Of a DNA stretch of 64,000 nucleotides, positions 31,198 to 39,869 are shown one piece after another; position 1 is the stretch's first letter; each line of letters opens with the position of its first letter. This stretch comes from an uncultured Geobacteraceae bacterium (GTDB lineage: Bacteria; Desulfobacterota; Desulfuromonadia; Geobacterales; Pseudopelobacteraceae): assembly GCA_903862245.1 (NCBI GenBank), contig CAIOXL010000110.1, forward strand, positions 15,336-79,335, given 5' to 3'. The notes below the pieces were generated by a model. The model searched no databases. It was given only the letters and a program-made list of their open reading frames with translations, and had not been told where the DNA came from. The translations under genes and the position numbers were made by a program.

Positions 31198-33092
31198 TTG
31201 CCTGAAATCTCTTTCTGCACGTTCACCGATTCAGTCGGTTTTGATGAATCGCCGAACGTTGTGCGCTGGTTTCGCGTCATTTCCGCCAGATCTCCGGCAT
31301 CCTTAATAATGTGCGGTGTCAGAAGAATCATCAGGTTGGTTTTGCTGCGCGACTTGGATTTGGACTTGAACAGCCACCCGAGCAGCGGAATATCGCCAAG
31401 AAACGGTACCTTGGTGACCGTTTCATTTTCGCTATCCTGGATCAGCCCGCCGATCACGACCGTTTCCTTATCCTTGACCACAATGCTGGTCTTGGCCGAA
31501 CGTTTTGTTGTGACCAGGTCAATCGCCTGCCCTTTGCTGTCCTTGACCTGCGAAATTTCCTGGTTGATATCCAGACGGATATAGTCGCCTTCGCTGATCT
31601 GGGGCTTGATTTTCAGGTTGATGCCGATATCCTTCCGCTCAACAGACGTTGTCGTGGCGCCAAGAGTGGTCTGCGTTGTGCCTCCGGAGAACGGCACGTT
31701 TTCGCCCACATTGATTTCCGCCTCCTTGTTGTCGGAGGTAAGGATATTAGGGGTAGAGAGGATGTTGAGGAGCCCTTTCGAGTCGAGCGCCTTGAGCACC
31801 GCCGTCACGTTAAGGGGGCTGGCAACGATGTCAGGGGTCAGTTTGCCCCCAGCGGCAAGAATGGTGCCGATCGTGCCAAGGGTTCCGAGCGGGTCATACA
31901 TACCGGCCACAGTAAGGTTGTTGACAGGACTGGCCCCGCCGATCAACCCGGTCTGCAAGCCGAACTCATGGGATTTATCAAGTGCCACCTCAGCGATCAG
32001 TACCTGGACAAACACCTGTTTGCTGCGGCGGTCCAGCTTTTTTATGACTTGGACAAGGTTGTTGTAATCGGTGGGTGAGGCCATGATTACCAGTGAATTT
32101 GACCCCTTGTCAGCGGTAATGGTGACTTTGCCGCTGTCAAACGGGGATGCTTGCGCGCCCCCCTGGGGAGTTGCCTGGGCGGTGATTCCCTTGACAACGC
32201 CGTCCAGCACCTTTGCCATCTCGGTCGCATCGGTATTTTCCAGATAATAGACGTTGACCTTGCTGTTTACTTCGGGTGGAACAACATCCAATTTTACCAG
32301 CAGTTCGCGAATCGCTTTTTTGGTCGTCTCATTACCGGAAATCAGCAGGGCATTCAGGCGTTGATCCGCCAGAACAATTGCACTGTTCCCTATGCCACCG
32401 GAAGTGGCTGTCGCCGCCGGCTGCCCGGCAGCTTTGTTCTCGGAGCCGGCCAGCCACTGGCGCACTGTTGCGGCAGCACTTTCAGCTGAAGCGCTCTTCA
32501 GATAAACGACCTCCAGCCCTTCGCGAATACGTTCGGAGTCGATTGCCTGCAGAAGCTCATGGAGTTTGCGGACGTTGATGGACGAATCAACCATCAGAAG
32601 CATATTACCGGGGCCGAAGGCGGAGAGATGCCCATCCTTGGAAATCATCGGCTGCAGAAAAGCCACCGCTTCCTGGGCGGTGATATATTCGAGCTTGGTT
32701 ACCTGGGCAACGTAGCTTTCGTTGACCGGAGCCTGTTCCCCTTTCGGCAGCAGCTTGAAGCCTGATTGTTTGGCCGTGGCAGACGGGACGATTTTAGCGA
32801 CCTTGCCGCTCTGCACTACGGTGAAACCTTTTAGCTCCATTACGGAGGTAAAAACATTGTACGCTTCTTCAATGGAAAGCTTTGACGGGGAATATACCGA
32901 TATCTTCCCCTTGACCCGTTCGTCGAGAATAAAGTTATTACCGGTCAGGTCACTGATGAACTTCACCATGGTGGAGATATCAACCTCGTTGAAGTTAAGC
33001 ACAACACCTTTGGCGGCGGCCAGAGCCGGCGGGGCAAAGAGTGCGCCCATCAATACAAGGGTGCAAAGTGAACGTAGCAGGTATTGTTTCAA
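31194..33092 (-). CDS. gspD: Type II secretion secretin GspD
   Basis: N0-N3 and secretin domain pattern. Likely TTG start at 33092 preceded by GGAGG, giving signal peptide (M)KQYLLRSLCTLVLMGALFAPPALA. The longest ORF starts at 33149. Confidence 0.9.
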   Translation of the reverse strand: MKQYLLRSLCTLVLMGALFAPPALAAAKGVVLNFNEVDISTMVKFISDLTGNNFILDERVKGKISVYSPSKLSIEEAYNVFTSVMELKGFTVVQSGKVAKIVPSATAKQSGFKLLPKGEQAPVNESYVAQVTKLEYITAQEAVAFLQPMISKDGHLSAFGPGNMLLMVDSSINVRKLHELLQAIDSERIREGLEVVYLKSASAESAAATVRQWLAGSENKAAGQPAATATSGGIGNSAIVLADQRLNALLISGNETTKKAIRELLVKLDVVPPEVNSKVNVYYLENTDATEMAKVLDGVVKGITAQATPQGGAQASPFDSGKVTITADKGSNSLVIMASPTDYNNLVQVIKKLDRRSKQVFVQVLIAEVALDKSHEFGLQTGLIGGASPVNNLTVAGMYDPLGTLGTIGTILAAGGKLTPDIVASPLNVTAVLKALDSKGLLNILSTPNILTSDNKEAEINVGENVPFSGGTTQTTLGATTTSVERKDIGINLKIKPQISEGDYIRLDINQEISQVKDSKGQAIDLVTTKRSAKTSIVVKDKETVVIGGLIQDSENETVTKVPFLGDIPLLGWLFKSKSKSRSKTNLMILLTPHIIKDAGDLAEMTRNQRTTFGDSSKPTESVNVQKEISGK

Positions 33093-33183
33093 GTGTGCCT
33101 CCAGATTGTTACGTAAATAGACCGGACTTCGACTCCTCAGACAACACATCTACCATTCCCTGAGCGGAGCCGGAGGGAGTAGT

Positions 33184-34065
33184 TCACCGGATATCATAAT
33201 TGAATGTCTGCGGCTGTCCGTCGCGGATAATATCCAGCTTCAGCCGGCTCTGCCCCTTAAGGGCGATGAACGACTGCAGCGCTTTATCCGGCGAATCCAT
33301 GGGAAAATCGTTCAGGCGTAACAGGACGTCGCCGTTTTTTATGCCGATCATTGCGAATACGCCGCCCGGTTTTACCTCCGACGCCCGGAATCCTTCAGCC
33401 TTGCCATCCTTCTGGCTGGGGAGGAGGCGGGCATCACTCATTGCCTGGGCCGGATTATCCAGTGCTGCATTTAAAGCCCGTTGATCGATGACAAAACTGC
33501 CCGCCCCGGTGCTGGCAACAGCCGCCCCCGGACGCACTGTTGCCGATGCCGCCGGTGCGGGGGGAGCCACCGGGGGGGGGGCCATGGGGGTCAACAGCTC
33601 GACTTTTTTATTATTGATCACAATAAAAGCCCGTTCCCTGCCGACCTCCGCCAGACGTCCGGCGTCAAAAACCATATCGCCCAGCCGGAACACCCTCTCT
33701 TCCTGCTTTGTCGTGTGGCGCACCAGCGCAAAGGTATCCCGGAACGCCCCGACAACCGTGCCGAGCAGCATCAGGTCGGAGGGAGCGGTCACCGGGGCGG
33801 CCTGCGCTGCTGCCGGAGCGTTTGTAATGGGGGTCAATGGGCCCTGGGCCCCCTTGCCGAACAGCCCGTTCGTAAGGATCGGGGCGTAAAATGACAGATC
33901 TTCCGTGCGTTGGGGTGCGGAGGCAGGAGCCCCGGCAGCCGTATCCCCTTTGGGCAGAAGGACTTTCCCGAGACCCTGGGAGAGGCGTCCCGTGACAACA
34001 TCCGCCAGCAGGGCAATGATAACGATTCCGAGAAGAATATTTATAATGGTGACAGTACGTGACAT
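33184..34065 (-). CDS. gspC: Type II secretion protein GspC (TM anchor, Pro/Ala linker, C-terminal PDZ)
   Basis: Positioned upstream of gspD. TM helix IINILLGIVIIALLADVV and a PDZ-like C-terminus (GIKNGDVLLRLND). Confidence 0.7.
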   Translation of the reverse strand: MSRTVTIINILLGIVIIALLADVVTGRLSQGLGKVLLPKGDTAAGAPASAPQRTEDLSFYAPILTNGLFGKGAQGPLTPITNAPAAAQAAPVTAPSDLMLLGTVVGAFRDTFALVRHTTKQEERVFRLGDMVFDAGRLAEVGRERAFIVINNKKVELLTPMAPPPVAPPAPAASATVRPGAAVASTGAGSFVIDQRALNAALDNPAQAMSDARLLPSQKDGKAEGFRASEVKPGGVFAMIGIKNGDVLLRLNDFPMDSPDKALQSFIALKGQSRLKLDIIRDGQPQTFNYDIR

Positions 34066-34085
34066 AAGACCTGGAAAACAATGTT

Positions 34086-34177
34086 GAATTTTGAATTTTG
34101 GATGTTAGATGTTGAATTTCTGATTCTGATTTCGATTCTGAGTCTAATTCAGAATCCAGAATTCAAAATTCAAAATT
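34086..34177. repeat. AT-rich palindromic element built from 6-7-nt tandem repeats
   Basis: Left arm (GAATTTT)2G...TGATTCTGATTTCGATTCTGA. Right arm TCAGAATCCAGAATTC(AAAATTC)AAAATT. The outer 14/15 nt are complementary. It overlaps the dapF stop codon. Confidence 0.75.
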
Positions 34178-35012
34178 GACTCTTTATCTCCCCGCTAAAC
34201 ACTTCCACCGCCGGTCCGGTCATGTAAATACAGCCGTCATCAGCCCATTCCATTTCCAGATCACCACCGGACAGATGATTGAGAATCCGTTTTTCCGTCA
34301 AACCGTTCAGCACGCAGGCGGCCGTCACTGCGCTGGAGCCGGTGCCGCAGGCCAGGGTTTCACCGGCGCCCCGTTCCCAGGTACGCTGACGGATTTCCGT
34401 CCGCGAAATGATCTGGATGAACTCCACGTTGGTGCGGCGCGGAAACAGTGCACTGTTTTCAATCAGCGGACCGTAGGTTGCAACCGGAAAATTTTCAACA
34501 TCGTCGACAAAAATGACGCAGTGCGGGTTGCCCATTGAAGCGCAGGTTATGCTAAAGGTACGGTCCAGAACAGTCAATTCTTCAGCAACCACCTGTGCCG
34601 CGGGATCTCCGGTCATGGGAATTTCAGCTCGGGTCAGGCGCGGCGGTCCCATGTTGACCCGGACCTTTTCCACCGTACCGTCGGTACCGGTGAAAAGCTG
34701 CAGCGTCAGGATGCCGGCGCCGGTTTCGGCGGTAATTTCGGTCTTGGTCACGATACCATGATCGTAGGCGTATTTGGCGACGCAGCGGATACCGTTGCCG
34801 CACATCTCTGATTCGGAACCGTCGGAGTTGAACATCCGCATCCGTACATCGGCACACTCGGACGGCATGATCAGGATCAACCCGTCCGAGCCTATCCCGA
34901 AATTGCGGTTTGAGACCCGTATTGCCGTCCCCTGAGGGTCGCTGACCGTCTCCTCAAAGCAGTTCACATACACATAGTCATTCCCGGCACCCTGCATCTT
35001 GGTAAATTTCAT
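34170..35012 (-). CDS. dapF: Diaminopimelate epimerase
   Basis: Start [16 protein letters not shown]. Catalytic Cys motifs SEMCGNG and ACGTGSSA. Confidence 0.92.
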   Translation of the reverse strand: MKFTKMQGAGNDYVYVNCFEETVSDPQGTAIRVSNRNFGIGSDGLILIMPSECADVRMRMFNSDGSESEMCGNGIRCVAKYAYDHGIVTKTEITAETGAGILTLQLFTGTDGTVEKVRVNMGPPRLTRAEIPMTGDPAAQVVAEELTVLDRTFSITCASMGNPHCVIFVDDVENFPVATYGPLIENSALFPRRTNVEFIQIISRTEIRQRTWERGAGETLACGTGSSAVTAACVLNGLTEKRILNHLSGGDLEMEWADDGCIYMTGPAVEVFSGEIKSQF

Positions 35013-35185
35013 CGTACTGGTATCCCCTTGCGCGTTAAAATCGGCTTCGCAACATAGCAAAAACAGAGCGGGGTAACAAGTAGTTTAATCTATCTTTTCA
35101 AGGGAAAAGGCTTCGATTGCCAAGTCACTGTCGAGCGGTTATACTCCCGCCCGTCGAAACCATTTTATTGAGAAGGAATACCGCC

Positions 35186-35713
35186 ATGATCAAATCTTTC
35201 CAGAACATCCATCCTACTATCGACCCGAGCGCTTTTGTCGCCGAAACCGCGGTCATTATCGGTGACGTACAGATGGGGGAGCAATCAAGTGTCTGGTACA
35301 ACTGTGTGGTTCGCGGTGACGTCAACAGTATCCGCATCGGCGCCCGGAGCAACGTACAGGACCTTTCCATGCTGCATGTCACCCACAAAAAGCATGCCGA
35401 TGACCCGGGGGCACCGTTGATCATCGGTGATGACGTCACCATCGGACACAGCGTAACCCTGCACGGCTGCACCCTCCAGGACGGCTGCTTTATCGGCATG
35501 CAGGCCATGGTAATGGATCATGCCGTTGTCGGCGAAGGGGCACTGGTCGGGGCGCGAGCTCTCGTGACGGAAGGGACGGTCATTTTGCCCCATACCCTCT
35601 GGGTGGGTGCACCGGCCAAATACAAGCGCGACCTGACTCCGGATGAGGTGGCGTGGCTGCAGAAGTCCGCAGGCAACTATGTGAAATATGCGCTGCAGTA
35701 TATCAATGACTGA
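35186..35713 (+). CDS. Gamma-class carbonic anhydrase family / hexapeptide-repeat protein
   Basis: Start MIKSFQNIHPTIDP. Left-handed beta-helix hexapeptide repeats with conserved His residues. Confidence 0.85.
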   Translation: MIKSFQNIHPTIDPSAFVAETAVIIGDVQMGEQSSVWYNCVVRGDVNSIRIGARSNVQDLSMLHVTHKKHADDPGAPLIIGDDVTIGHSVTLHGCTLQDGCFIGMQAMVMDHAVVGEGALVGARALVTEGTVILPHTLWVGAPAKYKRDLTPDEVAWLQKSAGNYVKYALQYIND

Positions 35714-35728
35714 GCCGGGACCGAAGCC

Positions 35729-36982
35729 GTGAACTGGCTCTCCCATATCGGCAAGCAGGCGTCACGCTTTGCCTCTTTGGAGCTGTTCCGTTACATCGGT
35801 CCCGGTTTCTTTGTCACGGTCGGCTTCATCGACCCGGGCAACTGGGTCACCAACGTGGCCGCCGGCTCACAGTTCGGCTACAAACTCCTCTGGGTAGTGA
35901 CTCTCGCCACGGTTATCCTGATTATCGTTCAGCATAACGCCGCCCACCTGGGGATTGTTACCGGTCTCTGCCTTTCGGAAGCGGCGTCAAAATTTTTCCG
36001 GCCGTGGCAGCGGGTCTTCATGCTCGGCAGCGCCATGATCGCCTGCATTGCCACCGCTCTGGCAGAGCTGCTTGGCGCGGCCATCGGCCTCAACATGCTG
36101 ACCGGTCTGCCGCTGATTGCCGGAGCGGTTCTGTCGGCCTGCTTCTCGGCCTGGATGCTCTTCTCGAAAAATTACCGGCGTCTTGAAAAATGGATTATGG
36201 GGTTTGTCTCTCTGATCGGACTGGCCTTTATCTTTGAGATTTGGCTGGCAGATGTCTCGTGGATACAGACATCCCTCGCCTGGGTTACGCCAACCTTTCC
36301 GGTCGGGGCGCTGACGGTTGTAATGGCGGTTTTGGGAGCGGTGGTCATGCCGCACAACATCTTCCTCCATTCAGAGGTCATCCAGAGCCGCCAGTGGAAT
36401 GAACAGGGTGATGACGTCATCCGGAAACAGCTGAAATATGAATTCCTGGATACGCTGACCGGGATGGGCATCGGCTGGGCGATCAACAGCGCCATGATCA
36501 TCATGGCCGCCGCCATATTTTACAAAAACGGGGTAGTTATTGATAACCTGCCTCAGGTCGCCGTGACACTGGAGCCGATCTTCGGCAGGGCATCAGCAAT
36601 TATTTTCGCACTTGGATTGCTGTTTGCCGGCCTTGCCTCCTCCGTTACCGCCGCCATGGCCGGAGGGAGCGTGTTTGCCGGAATTTTCATCGAACCTTTC
36701 GATATCAATGACCCCCATTCCCGTATCGGGCTCGGTATCACGCTGACCGGTGCTCTGGCAGCCATTATGCTGCTGCCGGATCCATTCAAGGGAATTCTCT
36801 GGAGCCAGGTGGCCCTGTCGCTCCAGCTCCCGCTGACGGTTATCCCGCTGATAGTGCTGACCTCGTCGCGCACCGTGATGGGCGAATATGCCAACAGCCG
36901 CCTGGGGGCTGCCGTGCTCTGGACCGTGGGGCTGGTCGTTATCGGTCTGAACATAGCCTTACTTGCTGATTTGCTGCTGTAA
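35729..36982 (+). CDS. mntH: NRAMP-family divalent metal (Mn2+/Fe2+) transporter
   Basis: 417 aa, multi-TM, DPGN motif (GFIDPGNW). GTG start. Confidence 0.9.
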   Translation: MNWLSHIGKQASRFASLELFRYIGPGFFVTVGFIDPGNWVTNVAAGSQFGYKLLWVVTLATVILIIVQHNAAHLGIVTGLCLSEAASKFFRPWQRVFMLGSAMIACIATALAELLGAAIGLNMLTGLPLIAGAVLSACFSAWMLFSKNYRRLEKWIMGFVSLIGLAFIFEIWLADVSWIQTSLAWVTPTFPVGALTVVMAVLGAVVMPHNIFLHSEVIQSRQWNEQGDDVIRKQLKYEFLDTLTGMGIGWAINSAMIIMAAAIFYKNGVVIDNLPQVAVTLEPIFGRASAIIFALGLLFAGLASSVTAAMAGGSVFAGIFIEPFDINDPHSRIGLGITLTGALAAIMLLPDPFKGILWSQVALSLQLPLTVIPLIVLTSSRTVMGEYANSRLGAAVLWTVGLVVIGLNIALLADLLL

Positions 36983-37074
36983 CACCCTTTTCCCGGTACA
37001 ACTGTTTTGAAATCAACCTTGCCCGCGTACTCTGATTCTGATAGTTTCGGGCAAAAATGTGAAGGTTACCCAGC

Positions 37075-37836
37075 ATGAAAATCACCATTTTGGGGAGTGG
37101 CACCTCAACCGGAGTGCCGATGGTCGGCTGCAGCTGCCCGGTCTGCACATCAGACAACCCCCGGGACACCCGCACACGCGCATCGCTTCTGCTCAGCTAC
37201 GACGATCACGCCGTCCTGATTGATACGTCCACCGATTTGCGGGAGCAGGCGCTGCGTCACCAGATCAGACGTATCGATGCCGTTCTTTTCACTCACGCCC
37301 ACGCTGACCATGTCAACGGCATCGATGATCTGCGCGGATTTCATTTTCTGCACAAGGAGATTATCCCCTGTTTTGCCTCCCAGGAAACGCTCAAAACGTT
37401 GAAGAGCGGGTTCAGCTACATATTCAACGAGCATGAGGGTTCCGGTTACTCACCGCTGCTGGCACCCCATGAGGTGAACGGGCCAGTGGAACTGTTCGGC
37501 CGGACCATCACCCCGATACCGCTGCAGCATGGGAGGAGTTCGTCACTTGGCTACCGGATCGGGAATGCGGCATACCTTACCGACTGCAGCGCTATTCCGG
37601 CATCGTCGCTGGGGTTGCTGCACGGACTGGAGCTGCTGATTATCGACGGCCTGCGCTGGGCCGAACACCCGTTTCACTTCAATATTGATGGTGCAATTGC
37701 CGCCGCATACCGGTTACACGCCCCCCGGACCATTCTGACCCATCTCACCCACCAGGTTGCGTACGCGGAGGAGGTCAGGCTGCCGCCCGGCTTCGAACTG
37801 GCATACGACGGCATGGAATTCGATCTGCAGCCATGA
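37075..37836 (+). CDS. MBL-fold metallo-hydrolase (PhnP-like)
   Basis: HxHxDH motif (THAHADH). N-terminal Cys cluster CSCPVC. Confidence 0.8.
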   Translation: MKITILGSGTSTGVPMVGCSCPVCTSDNPRDTRTRASLLLSYDDHAVLIDTSTDLREQALRHQIRRIDAVLFTHAHADHVNGIDDLRGFHFLHKEIIPCFASQETLKTLKSGFSYIFNEHEGSGYSPLLAPHEVNGPVELFGRTITPIPLQHGRSSSLGYRIGNAAYLTDCSAIPASSLGLLHGLELLIIDGLRWAEHPFHFNIDGAIAAAYRLHAPRTILTHLTHQVAYAEEVRLPPGFELAYDGMEFDLQP

Positions 37837-37851
37837 CAGGGGGTACGGCAG

Positions 37852-39690
37852 ATGCATAGGGACATCCGGCTGCACGGCATGATGGGAGACCAGACGGAGT
37901 ATTTCGCCGTGGTGGCCGGCAACAATACGGACCAGCGCAGTCTCTTCAATATCGTGCAGGAGATGGACCAGCTGCGCATCTTTTCCCCCGGGAACGAGCT
38001 GATCATTTCACCCCGGGGCGTCAGCTACCAGGGTAACGGCGGCAGTTTCTGCGAATATATGTTCGGCGTTGACCAATCCTCTTCCGACCTTGCCAGGCCA
38101 GACGTCATAAACCGTCTGACCATGTACGGAGTGCGCACCGATGAGGCCGGCTCCGTCCTCTTCAGTGATGACACCTCCGGCTCTGCAACGTTCGATGCCA
38201 TTTTTTTTGAGGGCAATGCGGTCTGCAACTATTTCTTTTTTGTCCACTCCGACCGGTTGCCGTACCCCCTGAAACAACAGCAGGAGGAACTGGTAAAGCG
38301 CCTCGGCAAAGCAATCAAACGTTCGGAAGCGGTCAGTGACGGGCAGGATGACGCACTGATTTCCGAACTGTTCCCGCTGTTACAGGATGAATCCTGCCAA
38401 CTGTTCCTGGTCAAACTGATCAACCGCCCTCATCGCGAATATCGGGATCTTTTCCGCAGTTTCTATTTCAGAAACAAAAAAATTTCCGATGATGATTTTG
38501 CACGGCTGGTGAGCGTTGCGACAGCCCACAACATTGACCGATACCAGCAGGAACGCATCAGAATTGATGCCATGTACCGCAGCCCGGCCAACAGGAGAAT
38601 CGTTGACGAATACCGCAACATCCTGCTGGCCTGCAACTCCAGGGGGGAGATCAGCAACCTCGACAATGCCCGCCTGACACGCCTGAAAACGCTGTCGGTC
38701 CGCAATAAAATTCCGGGGGCCCTGTTTTATACCCTGGATGAGATGTTGAAAAAGGGGCGCAATCTCAAAAACAGCCCTGAACAGGATTACATCGCCACAA
38801 CCAGAGAAATTCTTGAGGGGATCTTTTTCCAGGAGATCGACATTGAGAGCCGCATAGACCGGGACGACATGCTTAAACTGATTCAAGCCAAAAAAAAATC
38901 GGTTGAGAACCGCGACCACGGCTTTGATCAGCTGATGCTGGATGCCGGGCGAGGGTGTGATGAAAAAATCCATAACGGCGCGGACTCATCACTGCTGGAC
39001 GGCTTCTCCTACGTCATAACATACCTTGACCGTTTTGATTCCGTATCTAATTTGATAAGCCAGCTGGCTTTCATGGAAAATGCCCGGATAAATGAAGAGA
39101 TGCTGCGCGGCCTCCTGGAGCATAAGGCTGCATTTGATAATCTGCACGATGGCTGTTTTCATGAACTGTTTATCCGGGAACTGCTCACTAACACCTATCT
39201 CGGCGGCTTCGGACGCCGCAAGGTGAAAAGCCTCATGGCAGGACTGGCGGCGATTGAAGCGCAGCTGTCAACCATCGAAGAGCTCCTTCTGGACCTGTCC
39301 CATATCGACCGGGAGGAGCGAACAGCCGTTGTCCTCCTTGAACACGTTCGTGACCGCATCCGGAATTTCTACTCCAGAGTCACAACAAAGGCGGACCGGG
39401 AAGCGTTACGGTGGGAAATTACCGAGGAGTTGAGAGCAAAGAAACTGATCAATACTGACATCGCCGATCAACTTTTTGACGATACTATTGTTACCATCAA
39501 GAAAGAGGCCTTGTACCTGCACACACTGCTGCCGCAGATTTTCGAGCAGTGCGACGTCGGGCTGCGGGAGGATTTTCTCGAAAACTCCGGCCTTGACCGG
39601 TTCTTTGTCGAAGAATTGGAGCGGGAGTATTGCGAAAAAAACGACATTGACGTCGAACATCTGCAGCAGATCCGAAAAGGGCTTACGTGA
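37852..39690 (+). CDS. Large hypothetical protein, no recognisable motif
   Basis: 612-aa uninterrupted ORF starting 15 nt after the MBL gene, with an AGGGGG RBS. No TM helix, signal peptide, P-loop or metal motif seen. The C-terminal ~400 aa are charged and helix-like. Confidence 0.6.
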   Translation: MHRDIRLHGMMGDQTEYFAVVAGNNTDQRSLFNIVQEMDQLRIFSPGNELIISPRGVSYQGNGGSFCEYMFGVDQSSSDLARPDVINRLTMYGVRTDEAGSVLFSDDTSGSATFDAIFFEGNAVCNYFFFVHSDRLPYPLKQQQEELVKRLGKAIKRSEAVSDGQDDALISELFPLLQDESCQLFLVKLINRPHREYRDLFRSFYFRNKKISDDDFARLVSVATAHNIDRYQQERIRIDAMYRSPANRRIVDEYRNILLACNSRGEISNLDNARLTRLKTLSVRNKIPGALFYTLDEMLKKGRNLKNSPEQDYIATTREILEGIFFQEIDIESRIDRDDMLKLIQAKKKSVENRDHGFDQLMLDAGRGCDEKIHNGADSSLLDGFSYVITYLDRFDSVSNLISQLAFMENARINEEMLRGLLEHKAAFDNLHDGCFHELFIRELLTNTYLGGFGRRKVKSLMAGLAAIEAQLSTIEELLLDLSHIDREERTAVVLLEHVRDRIRNFYSRVTTKADREALRWEITEELRAKKLINTDIADQLFDDTIVTIKKEALYLHTLLPQIFEQCDVGLREDFLENSGLDRFFVEELEREYCEKNDIDVEHLQQIRKGLT

Positions 39691-39869
39691 GAAATGCGGT
39701 CAACCATCTGCGCCTTGCTGTTCTAACCTTCTCAGCCAATCCACCATCCAGATCATAGAATCTCCAACAGTTTAAATCCCCTTGACCCCCATCGTCACCC
39801 GCGCTACATTGCTTTGTGTAGATTTTATACTCACACGTGTTCGTATAGCGAATATATCCAAGGGACATC

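Noticed and set aside
35017-35032. Sigma-54-like sequence CTGGTATCCCCTTGCG on the plus strand near the dapF start.
   Set aside because: GG to GC spacing is 9 nt instead of 10. It lies mostly in the dapF 5' untranslated region/RBS and about 155 nt from the next plus-strand gene.
37019-37054. Hairpin TTGCCCG-22 nt-CGGGCAA after mntH as a Rho-independent terminator.
   Set aside because: The stem is only 7 bp with a large loop and no U-tract. It is noted only because its loop carries the recurrent TGATTCTGAT motif.
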